Positions 1 through 13,621 of a stretch of 64,000 nucleotides of DNA are shown piece by piece. Source of the stretch: Eledone cirrhosa (Eukaryota); assembly GCA_964016885.1 (NCBI GenBank), contig OZ024741.1, forward strand, positions 73,408,001 to 73,472,000, written 5' to 3'. Each line of letters opens with the position of its first letter. Position 1 is the stretch's first letter. The translations under genes and the position numbers were made by a program. The notes beneath the pieces were generated by a model. The model did not search any database. It saw only the letters and a list, made by a program, of their open reading frames with translations, and was not told the DNA's origin.

Positions 1-59
<59 letters not shown>

Positions 60-385
60 CCGTCCGTGCGTGTAAATGTGTGTATTGATACGCGTAAATT
101 CTAATCATCTTGTGAAATATAAAATGAATTATAAAAGAAAAGGATAAAACATTGAAATAAATAATAAATATTGAATATGTTGGTCTGTTTGAACTAATTA
201 ACTTGCTGTTATAAGGTAGAGGTGGTTGAGGTGTCGATATTAAATCATGATGTTGGGAGTGAGAATGTGCTACGAGAGTGAGATAGGGAAGATGTGGAGT
301 GTAGCTACTGGTATTGCTGTTGTTGTTTACCACCAGGTCAACCCTAGTCGAGCAGACTTATGATCAAAAGAATTCCACCCGTAAT

Positions 386-708
386 AATTGTTTCTACTTT
401 TGGCACAAGGCCAGCAATACCCAGTGCATTACTGGTACTTTATTTTATCAACCCCGTAAGGATGAAAGGCAAAGTTAACCTCGGCGGGATTTGAACTCAG
501 AATGGAAAGGGCCGTAACTCTATGCGTCAAAGCATGACCTCCGTCCCTCTACCGATACTGCCAATCCACCGACCGTAATAATGATTTCTAGTATAGGCAC
601 AAGGCCAGTAATTTGAGAAGAGGAGAAAGTTGATTAAATCGACCCCAGTACGTTACTGGTGCTTTATTTTATCGACCCCGCAAGGATGAAAGGCAAAGTT
701 AACCTCGG
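386..708 (-). mobile_element. Two tandem tRNA-derived (Meta-domain-like) SINE copies, one near full length (386-571) and one 5'-truncated (~580-708)
   Basis: Minus strand has an A box (TGGCAGTATCGG), a B box (GAGTTCAAATCC) and the body GCCTTTCATCCTTACGGGG-TCGATAAAATAAAGTACCAGT. The site CCGTAATAAT recurs at ~379, ~573 and ~718. Confidence 0.88.
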
Positions 709-974
709 TATAACCACCCGTAATAATCTCCTATGTGCAGAGAACTCTAGGCCACGATATTTAACATGCCCATTATTTAGATGGTAAAGATAGATCTGAG
801 GAAGATTTGGTTGCTGTTTCTTACAGATAGAGTGACCAGGAAGAGGCTATTTCATTTATCGTTGGTCTTGTTTTTCCTGATGGTTAGTACTGAGGAAGTT
901 GATGATTGGCGTGATGATGTTCTTAATGTTGGTGTTGTGTATATACATACTTTCACACAGACACACACCTAAAC

Positions 975-1247
975 TCAGTGCTGTACGAGAGCCTTCCAAG
1001 AGTCAGCTCAAAAGTGACACAGAGAAGACTGGGGTTAGCTGGGCATGCTCACCGACATCCAGAGTTGACACTACACTCAGTGCTCCTGTGGGAGCCCCTG
1101 CACTGGAAGAGGAAGACCAAGGTTAACATATGTTGATGCCCTAAGGACAGACACTGGTCTCTTGGAGACGCAGGACATGGCGGCGATGATGAGGGACAGA
1201 GACCGCTGGAGAGAACACGTCCATGGATGTCGGGAATTTTACCCGCC

Positions 1248-1250
<3 letters not shown>
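975..1250 (+). mobile_element. RTE-clade LINE, 3' end of ORF (frameshifted)
   Basis: Manual translation: VLYESLPRVSSKVTQRRLGLAGHAHRHPE...LLWEP / GRGRPRLTYVDALRTDTG...MMRDRDRWRE, which is a typical RTE C-terminus. Confidence 0.8.
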
Positions 1251-1298
<48 letters not shown>

Positions 1299-1486
1299 CA
1301 TTATCGGAGAAAGCTTTTAGCGATACTCCGGCCAAATTCCAACTCACTCAACAAACATTAGGAAATAAGTGAGTATATGCCTAATTAAACGTTCGGGGTG
1401 CTAACTAATTGTATTGTGTGGAAAATTGGCTGTATTATTTGATATGAGACATATCGAATATATCTCTTCCCAGATTATTATATATA

Positions 1487-1881
1487 TAATATATATTTGT
1501 GAAATGGGTGGTGGTTCAAATTCAGTTGTGCATGGTTAAATGGTAGTACACGTGGTCGGACGGACATGAATGAAAATTTACACACCTATGTAAAAAGTGC
1601 CAAGGAAGCAAATAAACGAGGTTTCAAATCTCTAACTTGAAAAATGTGGTTCCTGGGGCCCCAAAACGGTCTATTTACTATCGCGTTCGGTGAGATATTT
1701 CCCCCTCTTCTAATACTTGGATGAGTTATTTACAATTTTATACAAATAAGGCAGTAAATAAAGGATTATGAGTTCATGCAATTGACTTATGTTTCATCAC
1801 TATGTTCGTCCGACCACGTCTACTACCATTTAACCGTGCACAACTGAATTTCAACCACCACTCATTTCACAAATATATATT
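1487..1881. repeat. Inverted repeat with ~80-bp arms (MITE or fold-back relic)
   Basis: 1487-1568 (AATATATATTTGTGAAATGGGTGGTGGTT...GGTCGGACGGACAT) is the near reverse complement of 1801-1881. Confidence 0.75.
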
Positions 1882-2195
1882 AGACAGTGGCTTCCTTGTT
1901 CAATCATCTTACCAGAAGCCTGACATTATTTATGTAAGCCGGTACTTGATTTAGGAGCCGCAGAAACCCAAATACTGGATTTTACCAACCTTCCAGGGGT
2001 CCGGGTAAATTTTCAATACCCGAATTACTTGATCGTTTTTTTGGCTATGCGAATGATTGTTTAACCATCGTCTCAGTGTGTTTGGCCTTTAACGTTTGTT
2101 ATAGCTCTGGTTCATCTGAATCATTGAGCACTTGCCTCACATCTCGGAGGTTGTTTTTCGTTATTTCGTGGGCCGAAATACGAATCTCGATAATT

Positions 2196-2243
<48 letters not shown>

Positions 2244-2673
2244 GAAAACGCTTTAATAGAAAAAAATATCAACTGTAATGTATGTATGCATGTATTTATG
2301 TGTTTATATGAGCGGGGATATGCAAGTAAATCTTACTTTGTGGACAGCTTCCCCTTAGCATAATATTCATGCTAGAACAGCATATATTTGAAAGTTTTCA
2401 GGGAGTTGAATTACTGATTTTGTATCGGCAGCTTTAGCTTTGAAAAATGAAATGTGCAGTGTAAACATTTTTTTATTATTCCTCCGGGGATGAATCTTCT
2501 CTGCCTTTTTCCATCTCTTTCTTTCTCTCTGGAAGAAATCAGCCGTAGTAAGACCTAAAAAAATGGTTAGATACACCATGACGCACCGTGCATCACGGTG
2601 GAGTTGAAAAGCAGACTCAGAACATGGCGTTGTGTGGGGGTGACTCGCAGCCCAATGTTCTAGGGGGAGCAAA

Positions 2674-2791
2674 AGAAGAAGAAGAAGAAGAAGAAGAAGA
2701 AGAAGAAGAAGAAGAAGAAGAAGAAGAAGAAGAAGAAGAAGAAGAAGAAGAAGAAGAAGAAGAAGAAGAAGAAGAAGAAGAAGAAGAAGAA
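2674..2791. repeat. (GAA)n microsatellite
   Basis: Pure GAA run. A second run lies at ~32794-32911. Confidence 0.97.
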
Positions 2792-2909
2792 GGTGAAGGT
2801 GTGAGCTGGAGTCCTATCAAATATGTAGGTTGTCTTAAATTGAAGGTTTAGTAGAAACAATTCATGTATAGTTTTGTACTTTTCTTTTTGTCATTCATAT
2901 ATAAACAAA

Positions 2910-4045
2910 TCTACTATATAAATTGGAAGTGGTCGGACGTTGTATATGTAGGTGTAGTCGGATGAACGTCGAAACGGCTTGGTGGAATGCAGCGAAAATT
3001 TACACAGTTATGCAGAATGACCCGAGGAGGCGTTGGGTCGACTTTCAAGCTACAAGCTTCCATGGTTACGGAGAACATCGATGAAACAGAAATTTCCCAT
3101 TCAAATTGAACTGAGAGTAATCTGTGAACGCAGAAGTAAATATTTCGAGAAACGTTGCAACCGAACGGAAACAGAAAGACGATATTTTGGTTTGTGAAGA
3201 CGTTCCCTGGTAATGAACGGGAACAAAGCGAGGATAATACGTCGTTATGTGGAGCGTGAAGAACAATTTCATGCAAAGACAAGACCAAGTTTATGGTGTA
3301 AATGGAGTCGTTAGACTAATATTCTATTTAAAATAACAGAATGATTTCCAGCCCCGGAGTTTAAGAATGATGCAAATAAAATTGAAAACGAAAATGACAG
3401 AGGTTATTAAAATAGTAAAAGTAAATAGTGAAGATTTAGGCCAGTACATACGTATGCCCCGACGGACATACACATACATACGCACACACAAATACATACA
3501 CACCAACACACGCACGCACACATACACATACACAAACACACACACACATACAAACACACACACACGAACGCTACACGTATGTATAAACCTTGTGCATTTC
3601 TACAGTATTTTCACCAAACTTAAGACATAGGTTACTTATGTACTCCAGATGGTCATGGGCACTTTCATTTTTCCAGATACTGATTATAGCCCCCCACCCC
3701 ACCCCACCCCCACCCCGGCAGATAACCCCTTTAACCACTTTAACCACTTCATTGGAGTCGACTGAAGCACTGCAGTGCAATGCAAAAAAATGTCATAACT
3801 TCTGGAGTTCGCAACCGATTTTCACAAGACTTGACACATGGGCTACGTTTGTCTTACAGATGAATGTGAACTCTCAGAATTGGCACATATTGGGTAGGGG
3901 ACCCCTGGGGCAGGAACCCCCTTTTGGAAAAAGCCGATGATTTTGTAAAAGTATAGTTTCGAAGCAGCACTGACATAAATGTATTGACATAAATGGTATA
4001 CACAACTGCTATTTAATATCCGAGCAACGCCGGGTACCTCTGCTA

Positions 4046-4046
<1 letters not shown>
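2910..4046 (+). mobile_element. Non-autonomous Helitron-like element (possibly composite)
   Basis: Starts A|TCTACTATATAAA. Ends with a GC-rich subterminal hairpin CCGAGCAACGCCGGG followed by CTAG|T, which fits the Helitron TC...CTRR termini in an A|T site. Confidence 0.55.
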
Positions 4047-4114
<68 letters not shown>

Positions 4115-4243
4115 TATTTCCCGGTGCTTCGCCCTCGATGACGCACCCTAGTTTTGACAACAAAAAATTTGGAAAAAATTATAAACAACCATCGGCCTCT
4201 AGGACGCATGGTAGATTTTAAAAACTTATTTTAGGAAAAAACG

Positions 4244-4419
<176 letters not shown>

Positions 4420-5002
4420 AAAGCACTCGTCCCAGAGCACCAACATCCTTGCATTTTGTGGGTGTATTCTTATGATGTGTATATATGTATATGTATGTAT
4501 TTGTAAGTGTGTGTGTATATATATGCATATATGTATATATGCATGTGTATGTGTGAGGATGTGTGTATGTATATATTTGCATGTGCGTGTGTGTGTGTGT
4601 ATATATATATATATCTATGTACGATTTCTACGTGTGAGAGAGTGTGTGCATAAGTATGCACGTATGTGTGTGATCGTATCGTATATAATTGGATATATAT
4701 ATTTCTTGGTTTTGTTTTTGCTTTTGTTTATATTAATAACGTTTTTTTTCTTGTAATTCTCGGGAAAAGCGCGTCCATTGGATTCTAGGGCCGTGTTTGG
4801 TCATTCTATATGCTTGTTTGTGTCTGGCTGGTTCGTCTTCAGATTTGATGTGATTTTTGCTGTGTTAACACTAGTCTGAACATCAGGCAGACATAGAGTC
4901 TGGTCTGGGGTGCCAACCCAGATCACGAGCCAGCTGCTTGAGAAATCATTTGTAACCAGGATTGAGCAAGAAACCTTCTATGTAACAGCTCCACTTTTTT
5001 CT

Positions 5003-5069
<67 letters not shown>

Positions 5070-5726
5070 TAAAGTTAGTCCTTCATTAGTGATCTTCCAA
5101 CCTTCATTGGTATTTCATCGCTTTAAAGACCATATACCTCCGGTTGGTGCGGGCAACGGCTAAAGAAAGTCGTTGGGACACGTAAATAAGGGGAACGAGC
5201 GAGGCTGTAAACAATCAAAGATGGTAATGCAACGAAAAGTGAGGAAGAAGGAGTCAAGTCCCTGAAATCGATGAACATAAGTTCTGTGAAATCGTGGACG
5301 AGAGAGAATAAAGACCATCAAACCTGGTCGAAATGTGAGCAAGGAAGAAATTCCGCACAAGTCAAACGGGAGGAAGAAGGAGTCTAGTCCCTGAATTCAG
5401 TGAACATAAGTTCTGTGAAATCGTAGACAATAGAGAGAAAAAAGGAACAACCAAACCTGGTCAAGTGTGCGCGAGAAAAGAATTACGCACAGGTCAAACG
5501 GGAGGAAGTAGGAGATGGAGTAGTAGAGAGTGAGTGAGTGAAGGGTGAGGAAGAGGCTAACAGAGAGAGTGACTGTTAGAGAGGGTAAAGGGAGGTGAAA
5601 GATACAGAGAAAGAGGAAGCAGTAAGAATGAAATAGACGGGTCACAGCGGAGGAAAATATATGTGTGAATATGAAAACAAAACGTAATGCGTGGTTGCAA
5701 ATAGGTTACATATGAATAAAGTTAGA

Positions 5727-5974
5727 CCCTGACAAAGGCTAGGCGTCCTTCACTCCCAGTGGTTTATCTGCGCGATACATGTGTAATACATATTTACACT
5801 CTCATGAGTTCTTCCACCCTTTGTCAGGTTTTGTTTTTTGTCCTCCAGGGTGCCAATATCACCCTCCTCACCAAATAAACTTGGTGGGGTTGCCGGTTTA
5901 GTCGCCGACGACTCGACCATGCGACAGGTTGTACTGGGTTACATGTTACCAGTAGCACTCAAGAATGACCCGAG
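5727..5974 (-). mobile_element. Partial copy (5' part) of RTE-derived non-autonomous element
   Basis: Reverse complement matches the 22288 and 43825 copies (GCTACTGGTAACATGTAACCCAGTACAACCTGT...GGCGACTAAACCGGCAACC). Abuts (ATAC)n. Confidence 0.75.
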
Positions 5975-6060
5975 ATACATACATACATACATACATACAT
6001 ACATACATACATACATACATACATACATACATACATACATACATACATACATACATACAT

Positions 6061-6732
6061 AAACACATTAAAAGCTACAGCAATGTGGAAGACATCCATG
6101 TACATAATATGAAAGAGTACTGGTGGAATGTTCCAGTAAAAACACCAATAAAATGCAGGCATAACAGACCAGATATTATGATATGGGACAGGGAGAAGAA
6201 AGCATGCACAGTAGTGGAAATTAGCTGCCCAGCAGATGCCAATATAGTATCAAAGATTAGTGAAAAGGAGAATATTTATTCAGACCTGATGAGAAATCTG
6301 CAGATACTCCACCCTGATTACACCTTCAGATTTATGCCTGTGATTATTGGGACACTGGGGTATGTTAGTAACTGCCTCAATACAAATCTTGAGAAGCTAG
6401 GCTTCACAGGAACAGTAAGAACACAACTAGTTAGGAAATTACAAGTACAATCCATTAATGGAACAGTAAAAATATGTAAAGCATTCCAAAAATGTTGCAT
6501 CTAATAACTGCATATACACATGTACAGATAAAAAGCATATACATATGCACACATACAACTCAAAACATACACATCCACACATACAATAACATCCATATCT
6601 AGACATGCATGCATACATACATATCTACCTAGTTGATTTTGTGTAAATTCCAATGAGAGAGTCTTGTGTCTATGTTAGAAACCGACTCTCTCTATATTTG
6701 TAAAACTTTGTGAAATTATAAAACCAGAGGAA
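6061..6732 (+). mobile_element. R4/Dong-like non-LTR retrotransposon, family A, 5'-truncated (RLE domain plus 3' UTR)
   Basis: ORF to 6504: EYWWN...HNRPDIMIWD...VVEISCP...KENIY, a PD-(D/E)xK restriction-like endonuclease. Flanked by (CATA)n on both sides. Confidence 0.88.
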
Positions 6733-6747
6733 CATACATACATATAT

Positions 6748-8112
6748 ATGTGATAACAAGTGCAGACTCTGCAGAATTAACATCGAAGATGTCACCCATG
6801 TCATAATCAGCTGTCCAAAGATGTCATCGCGGTACTATCTAACTATGAGGCATGATGTAGTGACCAAAACACTGTACAATGCAATCCGTTAGATGAGAAC
6901 ATATCCTATAATGGTATCTATAATAAGGAACGCGTAACCAGGGAATACTACACCCGATTAAGAAAGATCTGGTCATCGGAACTCCCTGCGCAAAACAATA
7001 CAGAGGCTCACAATGTGTTTGCTGTGCCTGTCCTAACACCAACTTTTGGAATACTCAATTGGACGATAGACGAAATCTGAGCGATTGATGTAAGAACTCG
7101 AAAAATACTAAACAACACCGGAAACTTCCACATCAACATTTACATAGACTGCCTTAACTTGAAACGTAAGCAGGGAGGCAGAGGCCTAACATCAGTCCAG
7201 ACAGTATTTGAATGTCGCATCATATCCCTCCGACAACATCTACGAACCTCAAAGCGTAGGAGCCCGTCTCTCGAGCAAGTCTATCTGTATGAAACAGAAT
7301 TAACATCGAAGATGTCACCCATGTCATAAGCAGCTGTCCAAAGATGTCATCGCGGTATTATCTACCTATGAGGCATGATGTAGTGACCAAAACACTGTAC
7401 AATGCAATCCGTAGAAAAGATAGCCCCGATAATAAACGCATTAAAAGCTACAGCAATGTGGAAGACATACATATACATAATATGAAAGAGTACTGGTGGA
7501 ATTTTCTAATAAAAACACCAATAAAATGCAAGCATAACAGACCAGATATTATGATATGGAACAGGGAAAAGAAGGCATGCACAGTAGTGGAAGTTAGCTG
7601 TCCAGCACATGCCAATATAATATCGAAGATTAATGAAAAGAAGAATATTTATGCAGAACTGATGAGAAATCTGAAGATACTCCATCCTGATTATACCTTC
7701 AGATTTATGCCTGTGATTATTGGGGCACTGGGATATGTTAGTAACTGCCTCAATACAAATCTTGAGAAGCTAGGCTTCACAGGAACAGAAAGAACACAAC
7801 TAGTTAGGAAATTACAAGCACAATCCATTAATGGAACAGTAAAAATATGTAAACATTCCAAACATTTTGCATCTAATAACTGCATATACACATGTACAGA
7901 TACTAAGCATATACACATGCACACATACAACTCAAAACATACACATCCACACATACAATAACATCCATATCTACCCATGCATGCATGCAGACATGTATAC
8001 ATATCTACCTAGTTGATGCTGTGTAAATTCCAATGAGAGAGTCTTGTGTCTATGTTAGAAACCGACTCTCTCTATTGGCAAAAATTTATGAAATTATAAA
8101 ACCAGAAAAACT
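6748..8112 (+). mobile_element. R4/Dong-like family A copy, rearranged and decayed
   Basis: CCHC knuckle remnant (CRLCRINIEDVTHVI..C), post-RT fragments, RLE ORF 7344-7961, and the same 3' UTR as the 6061 copy. Ends in (CATA)n. Confidence 0.85.
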
Positions 8113-8134
8113 TACATACATACATACATACATA

Positions 8135-8386
8135 CATTCCAAAAATGTTGCATCTAATAACTGCATATACACATGTACAGATACAAAGCATATACACATG
8201 TACAGATACAACTCAAAACATACACATCCACACATACACTAACATCCATATCTACACATGCATTCATACATACATATCTACCTAGTTGATGTTGTATAAA
8301 TTCCCATGAGAGAGTCTTGTGTCTATGTTAGAAACCGACTCTCTCTATATTGGTAAAACTTTGTGAAATTATAAAACCAGAAGAAC
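8135..8386 (+). mobile_element. R4/Dong-like family A, 3' UTR-only copy
   Basis: Near-identical to 6482-6732 and followed by a long (CATA)n. Confidence 0.85.
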
Positions 8387-8935
8387 ATACATACATACAT
8401 ACATACATACATACAAACATACATACATACATACATACATACATACATACATACATACATACATACATACATACATACATACATGCATACATACATACAT
8501 ACATACGGTTCCGGGGGTTACAACTGACTGTTGGAATATACACGTATTAACGTAATTGTTACTAAGTCTGGCTTTTGGTGAAACTGGCGCTAATTTTGGT
8601 AATTATAAACATTTTTCGGGGGTGTTTTTTACTGACTGACCCAATTATCAATTGTTTAATGTTAGCTGTATTAATTTTTGTTGATGACCATAATTAATTT
8701 GTAGGTTATATCGATGATTTTGACGTCGTTATTGGATGATTTGATGATCATTAAGTCACTGGTCATATTGAACAATTGATTATCTTGACGAATTTTTTTC
8801 ATTTTTTGCCACCACACTACCGGATTCAGTAGAGATATACTCCGAAGTGTTTAACACCAGTTAGTAATAATTATGACCCTGTGTGGCACCAATATCAGTG
8901 GGATTTCGTCTACCGATTATTAATTTTATATATAT

Positions 8936-9031
<96 letters not shown>

Positions 9032-9139
9032 CCATCCAGGGTTCAGTCGGGGCTAACCACAGTAAGTAAGGTACTCAATACATAGCAGAGTATAATTGTT
9101 TAATATAGAAATTAAAAGATGGTTAAAAAAGTTCCATAT

Positions 9140-9204
9140 ATTTTATTATGCGCATTTCGAAAACATCATCCTGGGACAAAAATTGTGTTCTCATCAGATA
9201 AAAT
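9140..9204 (-). ncRNA. Minimal type I hammerhead ribozyme (pLTR copy)
   Basis: Reverse complement reads ATTTTAT-CTGATGA-gaac...tttc-GAAA-TGCGCA-TA-ATAAAAT. Confidence 0.75.
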
Positions 9205-9817
9205 AAGGTAACATGATATGAGACCTAAAAACACTTGTGAACAAGAAAGTGTCCAGTCAACATATGACAAACGTATAAGAGAAGAGAAAAAAATAGGAAA
9301 AATTAATAAAAAGAAAGAAGACGGAAAAAGGAAAAAGAAATAGAAGAGAGGAAAAAAGAAAGAAAGAAGGAGGAGAGATACATTTTATCGGGAACGCTGT
9401 CAAAACTGAAAAAGCAACTGTGAATAACGGCTAAAAAAATAATAAAAAAATAATAAAAATAAATAAATAAATAAATAAATTGATGAAGTGAATATTCTAA
9501 TATTACAAATATTAGTGGTCTAGAATATAGAAACTGGGTATATTATTTAATATTGAGTTTGAATACTAACATTTGGATTAAGAAGTGTAAAAATGTATTA
9601 TAAAATAAAATAAAATAAAATAAAATAAAAATTAAATTAAAAATAATTATAAAAAGGTGGTTTTTTTAAATAAAATAAAATAAAATAAAATAAAATAAGA
9701 TAGACTAGAATAAAAAATTAAAATAAGAATAGTCTATCTATGTCAAAATTAAAAATTACTATTAAAAATTTATATATGTGGGGTATAGTATTTGATTATT
9801 ATTTTATATCAACAATA

Positions 9818-9933
9818 TCCCGCCGAGGTTAACTTTGCCTTTCATCCTTACGGGGTCGATAAAATAAAGTACCAGTAATGTACTAGTAAATTACTGGCCA
9901 AAAGTAGAAACTGTGCCAAAAGTAGAAACAATT
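9818..9933 (+). mobile_element. 5'-truncated Meta-type SINE nested in the Penelope 3' UTR
   Basis: SINE body flanked by the duplication TTTTATATCAACAA. Confidence 0.8.
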
Positions 9934-11426
9934 GTTTTATATCAACAAGTAAATAAAGGAAATAGAAAGGTTTATAAACGTAGAAAGACATATGACGTCA
10001 TAGATTGTTTACAAAATCTACGAAGGTTTGAACGAAAAAATGATGTCAATAGAGAAAGAAGGTGAAAGGCTTAATAATACAGAGAAAAGGGGATTAATAC
10101 ATTGTAGAATATAATGAAATATGTGAGAAAAAATGTGTGAAAAGATATATGTGTAAAAAATTAACCGTTATTCGTAGAATAAGTTATAGGACATAAGCTG
10201 TATACTTTGTGAAAGGTCTTAAAAGATTTATGAATACAGAGACCAAATAAGTCCGTACGTCTATTTATTAAAGAGTTGAAACTCGAGATAATGGTAAATT
10301 TTTCAGCTAGACATAAATTACAAACCCTAGATATGGAAGCATGGGAGTAAGGTAAAGCGTTGCAAATTTTACGCCAAGAGATTTCGTAATTAATGTTTTT
10401 GTCTTTTAAGGACCAAATAAGTTCTGAAAGTGTGGTGCTGGTCCTTTTAAGTGGATATTTAAATGTAGAAGAATGGTTATAGAGTCTAGCTTTAAAAGAA
10501 GTAGAAGTAGAGCCAATGTAGGTATAGGTATTGGTACTAGTTACCACTTTACATTCGTATATTAGGTTTTTATCGAGACAGAAATTACTAAGAGGACAAT
10601 TAGTTCTAATAGGGCAGTTGCATTTGCGATTAAAATTATTTATCGAGACAGAAATTACTAAGAGGACAATTAGTTCTAATAGGGCAGTTGCATTTACGAT
10701 TAAGATTATTAACAGAGCTATTTACCAATGACCCAGGATTATTTATAATAGGGACTGGAGTGGTGGAATTAGCTAAAGGAGGTGCTAAAGTTTCCTGATT
10801 TACATTACTATTTGAAGCATTCATCAAAGTTACATTTGACGTCGTATTTATACTTGTGTTATTTTGCCTAGAGTTTACATTGAGGTCGGGCCTTATAGTG
10901 TTATTGTTTTGACTCTCATGGTTGGATGCATATGAGTTATTATTTAATATTTTAGAATTATCTCTTGAGATAATTTTTAAAATGTTGGAAGTATTGGAAT
11001 ACGAGAATTTAATGGTATGCTTATTTAAAATCTTGCTATAAATATGTGAAGCGGGGAAGTTGTTATCTAAAGCCCTAAAAAATAATTTAGGGATATTACT
11101 AATAAGTAAAAGAGAGAAGGGAGCGTTATACCAAAGGATATTTTTATATCTAGGTCTCCTCTTTATGTTACTGGTATGCTTATAACTAGCTACATTACTA
11201 TAAGTTCTGCCAAGATTAGTTTCCTTAGTGTATTTAATTTTGTCTGGATATCCAAGCCCTAGATGACGCATTATTATAATAGTTGGCATTAGCATCGAAG
11301 ATATGTTTATTGGAGGATAAATTATGCATCCAACCATATTTTTTCTCTTCTCTTATTTTTTTGTCATATGTTGACTGAACACTTTCTTGTTCACAAGTGT
11401 TTTTAGGCATCTTATCATGTTACCTT

Positions 11427-11493
11427 ATTTTATCTGATGAGAACACAATTTTGTCCCAGGATGATGTTGTTTCCGAAATGCGCATAATAAAAT
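11427..11493 (+). ncRNA. Minimal type I hammerhead ribozyme
   Basis: ATTTTAT / CTGATGA / stem II gaac...ttcc / GAAA TGCGCA TA / ATAAAAT. Stem I is 7 bp and stem III is palindromic (ATGCGCAT). Confidence 0.8.
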
Positions 11494-11616
11494 GTATGGA
11501 ACTTTTTTAACCATCTTTTAATTTCTTCTTTATATATACTCCAGTTCTACCAACTGTCGAGTGCTACTTATCTGATATATGCATAGTTTTATTGTTCTAC
11601 AATATTACTCACCTCC

Positions 11617-11717
<101 letters not shown>

Positions 11718-11777
11718 GACGTGAGTAATATTGTAGAACAATAAAACTATGCATATATATATATATATGCATATATA

Positions 11778-11886
<109 letters not shown>

Positions 11887-12018
11887 TTATCTTGAATCTG
11901 TTTTCCTGTTATTTTCATCGAAAACATTTTTGAATACATTTTATCTTTCCATGATATTTGGATTACATTGAGTTCTTCATACGGATTGGACACTACGGTA
12001 TATTTTGGTAGATTTATC

Positions 12019-12121
<103 letters not shown>

Positions 12122-12476
12122 TTATTACCATTAATTTAATTAAGTAATTAGTTCTGGGATCAATGGTGATATTTGGCGAATAAATTATTGTGGTACTTAG
12201 TTAGGCCGTTTTACGTTCGTGTTCAAATTTTGCCGGTGTCGCCCGAACTATATAATAAAAGAACTGAACTAGAAAAATTAGTATTTTTATCATTATTGTT
12301 GTTGTGTGTGTCTCTCTGTGTATGGCATCCAAATAACAAAATGAAGATTGTTAAAAAATGTATTGGTTTATTTACATCTCTGGAGAAACAAACAAATTCT
12401 TACAATTTCATATAATGCACACACTCACATACACATAAATACATAAAGATATATATAATTTGTACATATATATATA

Positions 12477-12533
<57 letters not shown>

Positions 12534-12937
12534 CTTTGATGAAAATATTCGAAAAAATCCACCACCCCAAAGAAAACTAGTGTGTGACTTCATGTGACAG
12601 AGCGGGACAAAGATAAGATGGTGTTTAGATATATTTGTGAAGATGTCGTTTTAGGAGATCTTGTTGGTGCAGAAATCAAATGTGTTTAAACGGTGTATAG
12701 AAATTTCAAACGTTAAATGTTTATCTCGTGTAAACATTTAAGATCTCTATTTAGTATATCATTACATATAACTTAGATATGATGTTTTGGCTGGTTGCTG
12801 TCTTTCTTTTTGAAAGTTTCTCTGTAAATTATATATCTGTTCTCACGTGTTTGTCTATCTTTCCGAATGTTTTTATCTATCTAGTTCTTTCTCATTCTAA
12901 CTTCCCCTCTCATTCTCTCTTCTTACACACACACACA

Positions 12938-12991
<54 letters not shown>

Positions 12992-13000
12992 CACACACAC

Positions 13001-13038
<38 letters not shown>

Positions 13039-13059
13039 GCACACGCACACACACGCACG

Positions 13060-13094
<35 letters not shown>

Positions 13095-13314
13095 TAGTAT
13101 TGGTGCTCTGAAATAGCGATGTATACATGAATATATGTATAGTATATTTGGCTATATACTGTATGTTTAATTAAAAACATTCTGAAGACCATTCTCCATG
13201 AGTTTTGCCGAAAATAAGTAAGTGACATAGTCACTACTTTAAAACTCATAGCGAATGGTCTTCAACATTTTTTTAATTTAACATACAGTATATTGCCAAA
13301 TATGTATACATACA

Positions 13315-13389
<75 letters not shown>

Positions 13390-13574
13390 AAAAACGCTTG
13401 TATATGTATAATCAAGCCAAAACAAAGCAGGTATGGACATAGAATAAAGAATGCAAATGCAAAAGATATTGTTGACAATTAGTATGTCCATACCTGCATT
13501 GTTTTGGCTTTATTATAAAATATACAAACGTTTATACCTCATTACACAATGCTTCAAGTGAACTATAACTTCCT

Positions 13575-13614
<40 letters not shown>

Positions 13615-13621
<7 letters not shown>

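Noticed and set aside
1780-1815. HHR-like GAAAC-ATAA-GTC on the minus strand
   Set aside because: The core reads CGGACGA instead of CUGANGA, and stems I and II do not pair.
4933-4989. Degenerate HHR-like GCTGC-TTGAGAA...GAAAC...GTA-ACAGC
   Set aside because: Two core positions deviate and stem II is unclear, so it cannot be supported without homologues.
13180-13225. CTGAAGA...GAAA inside an inverted repeat
   Set aside because: No convincing stem II or stem I. Kept only as part of a decayed fold-back.
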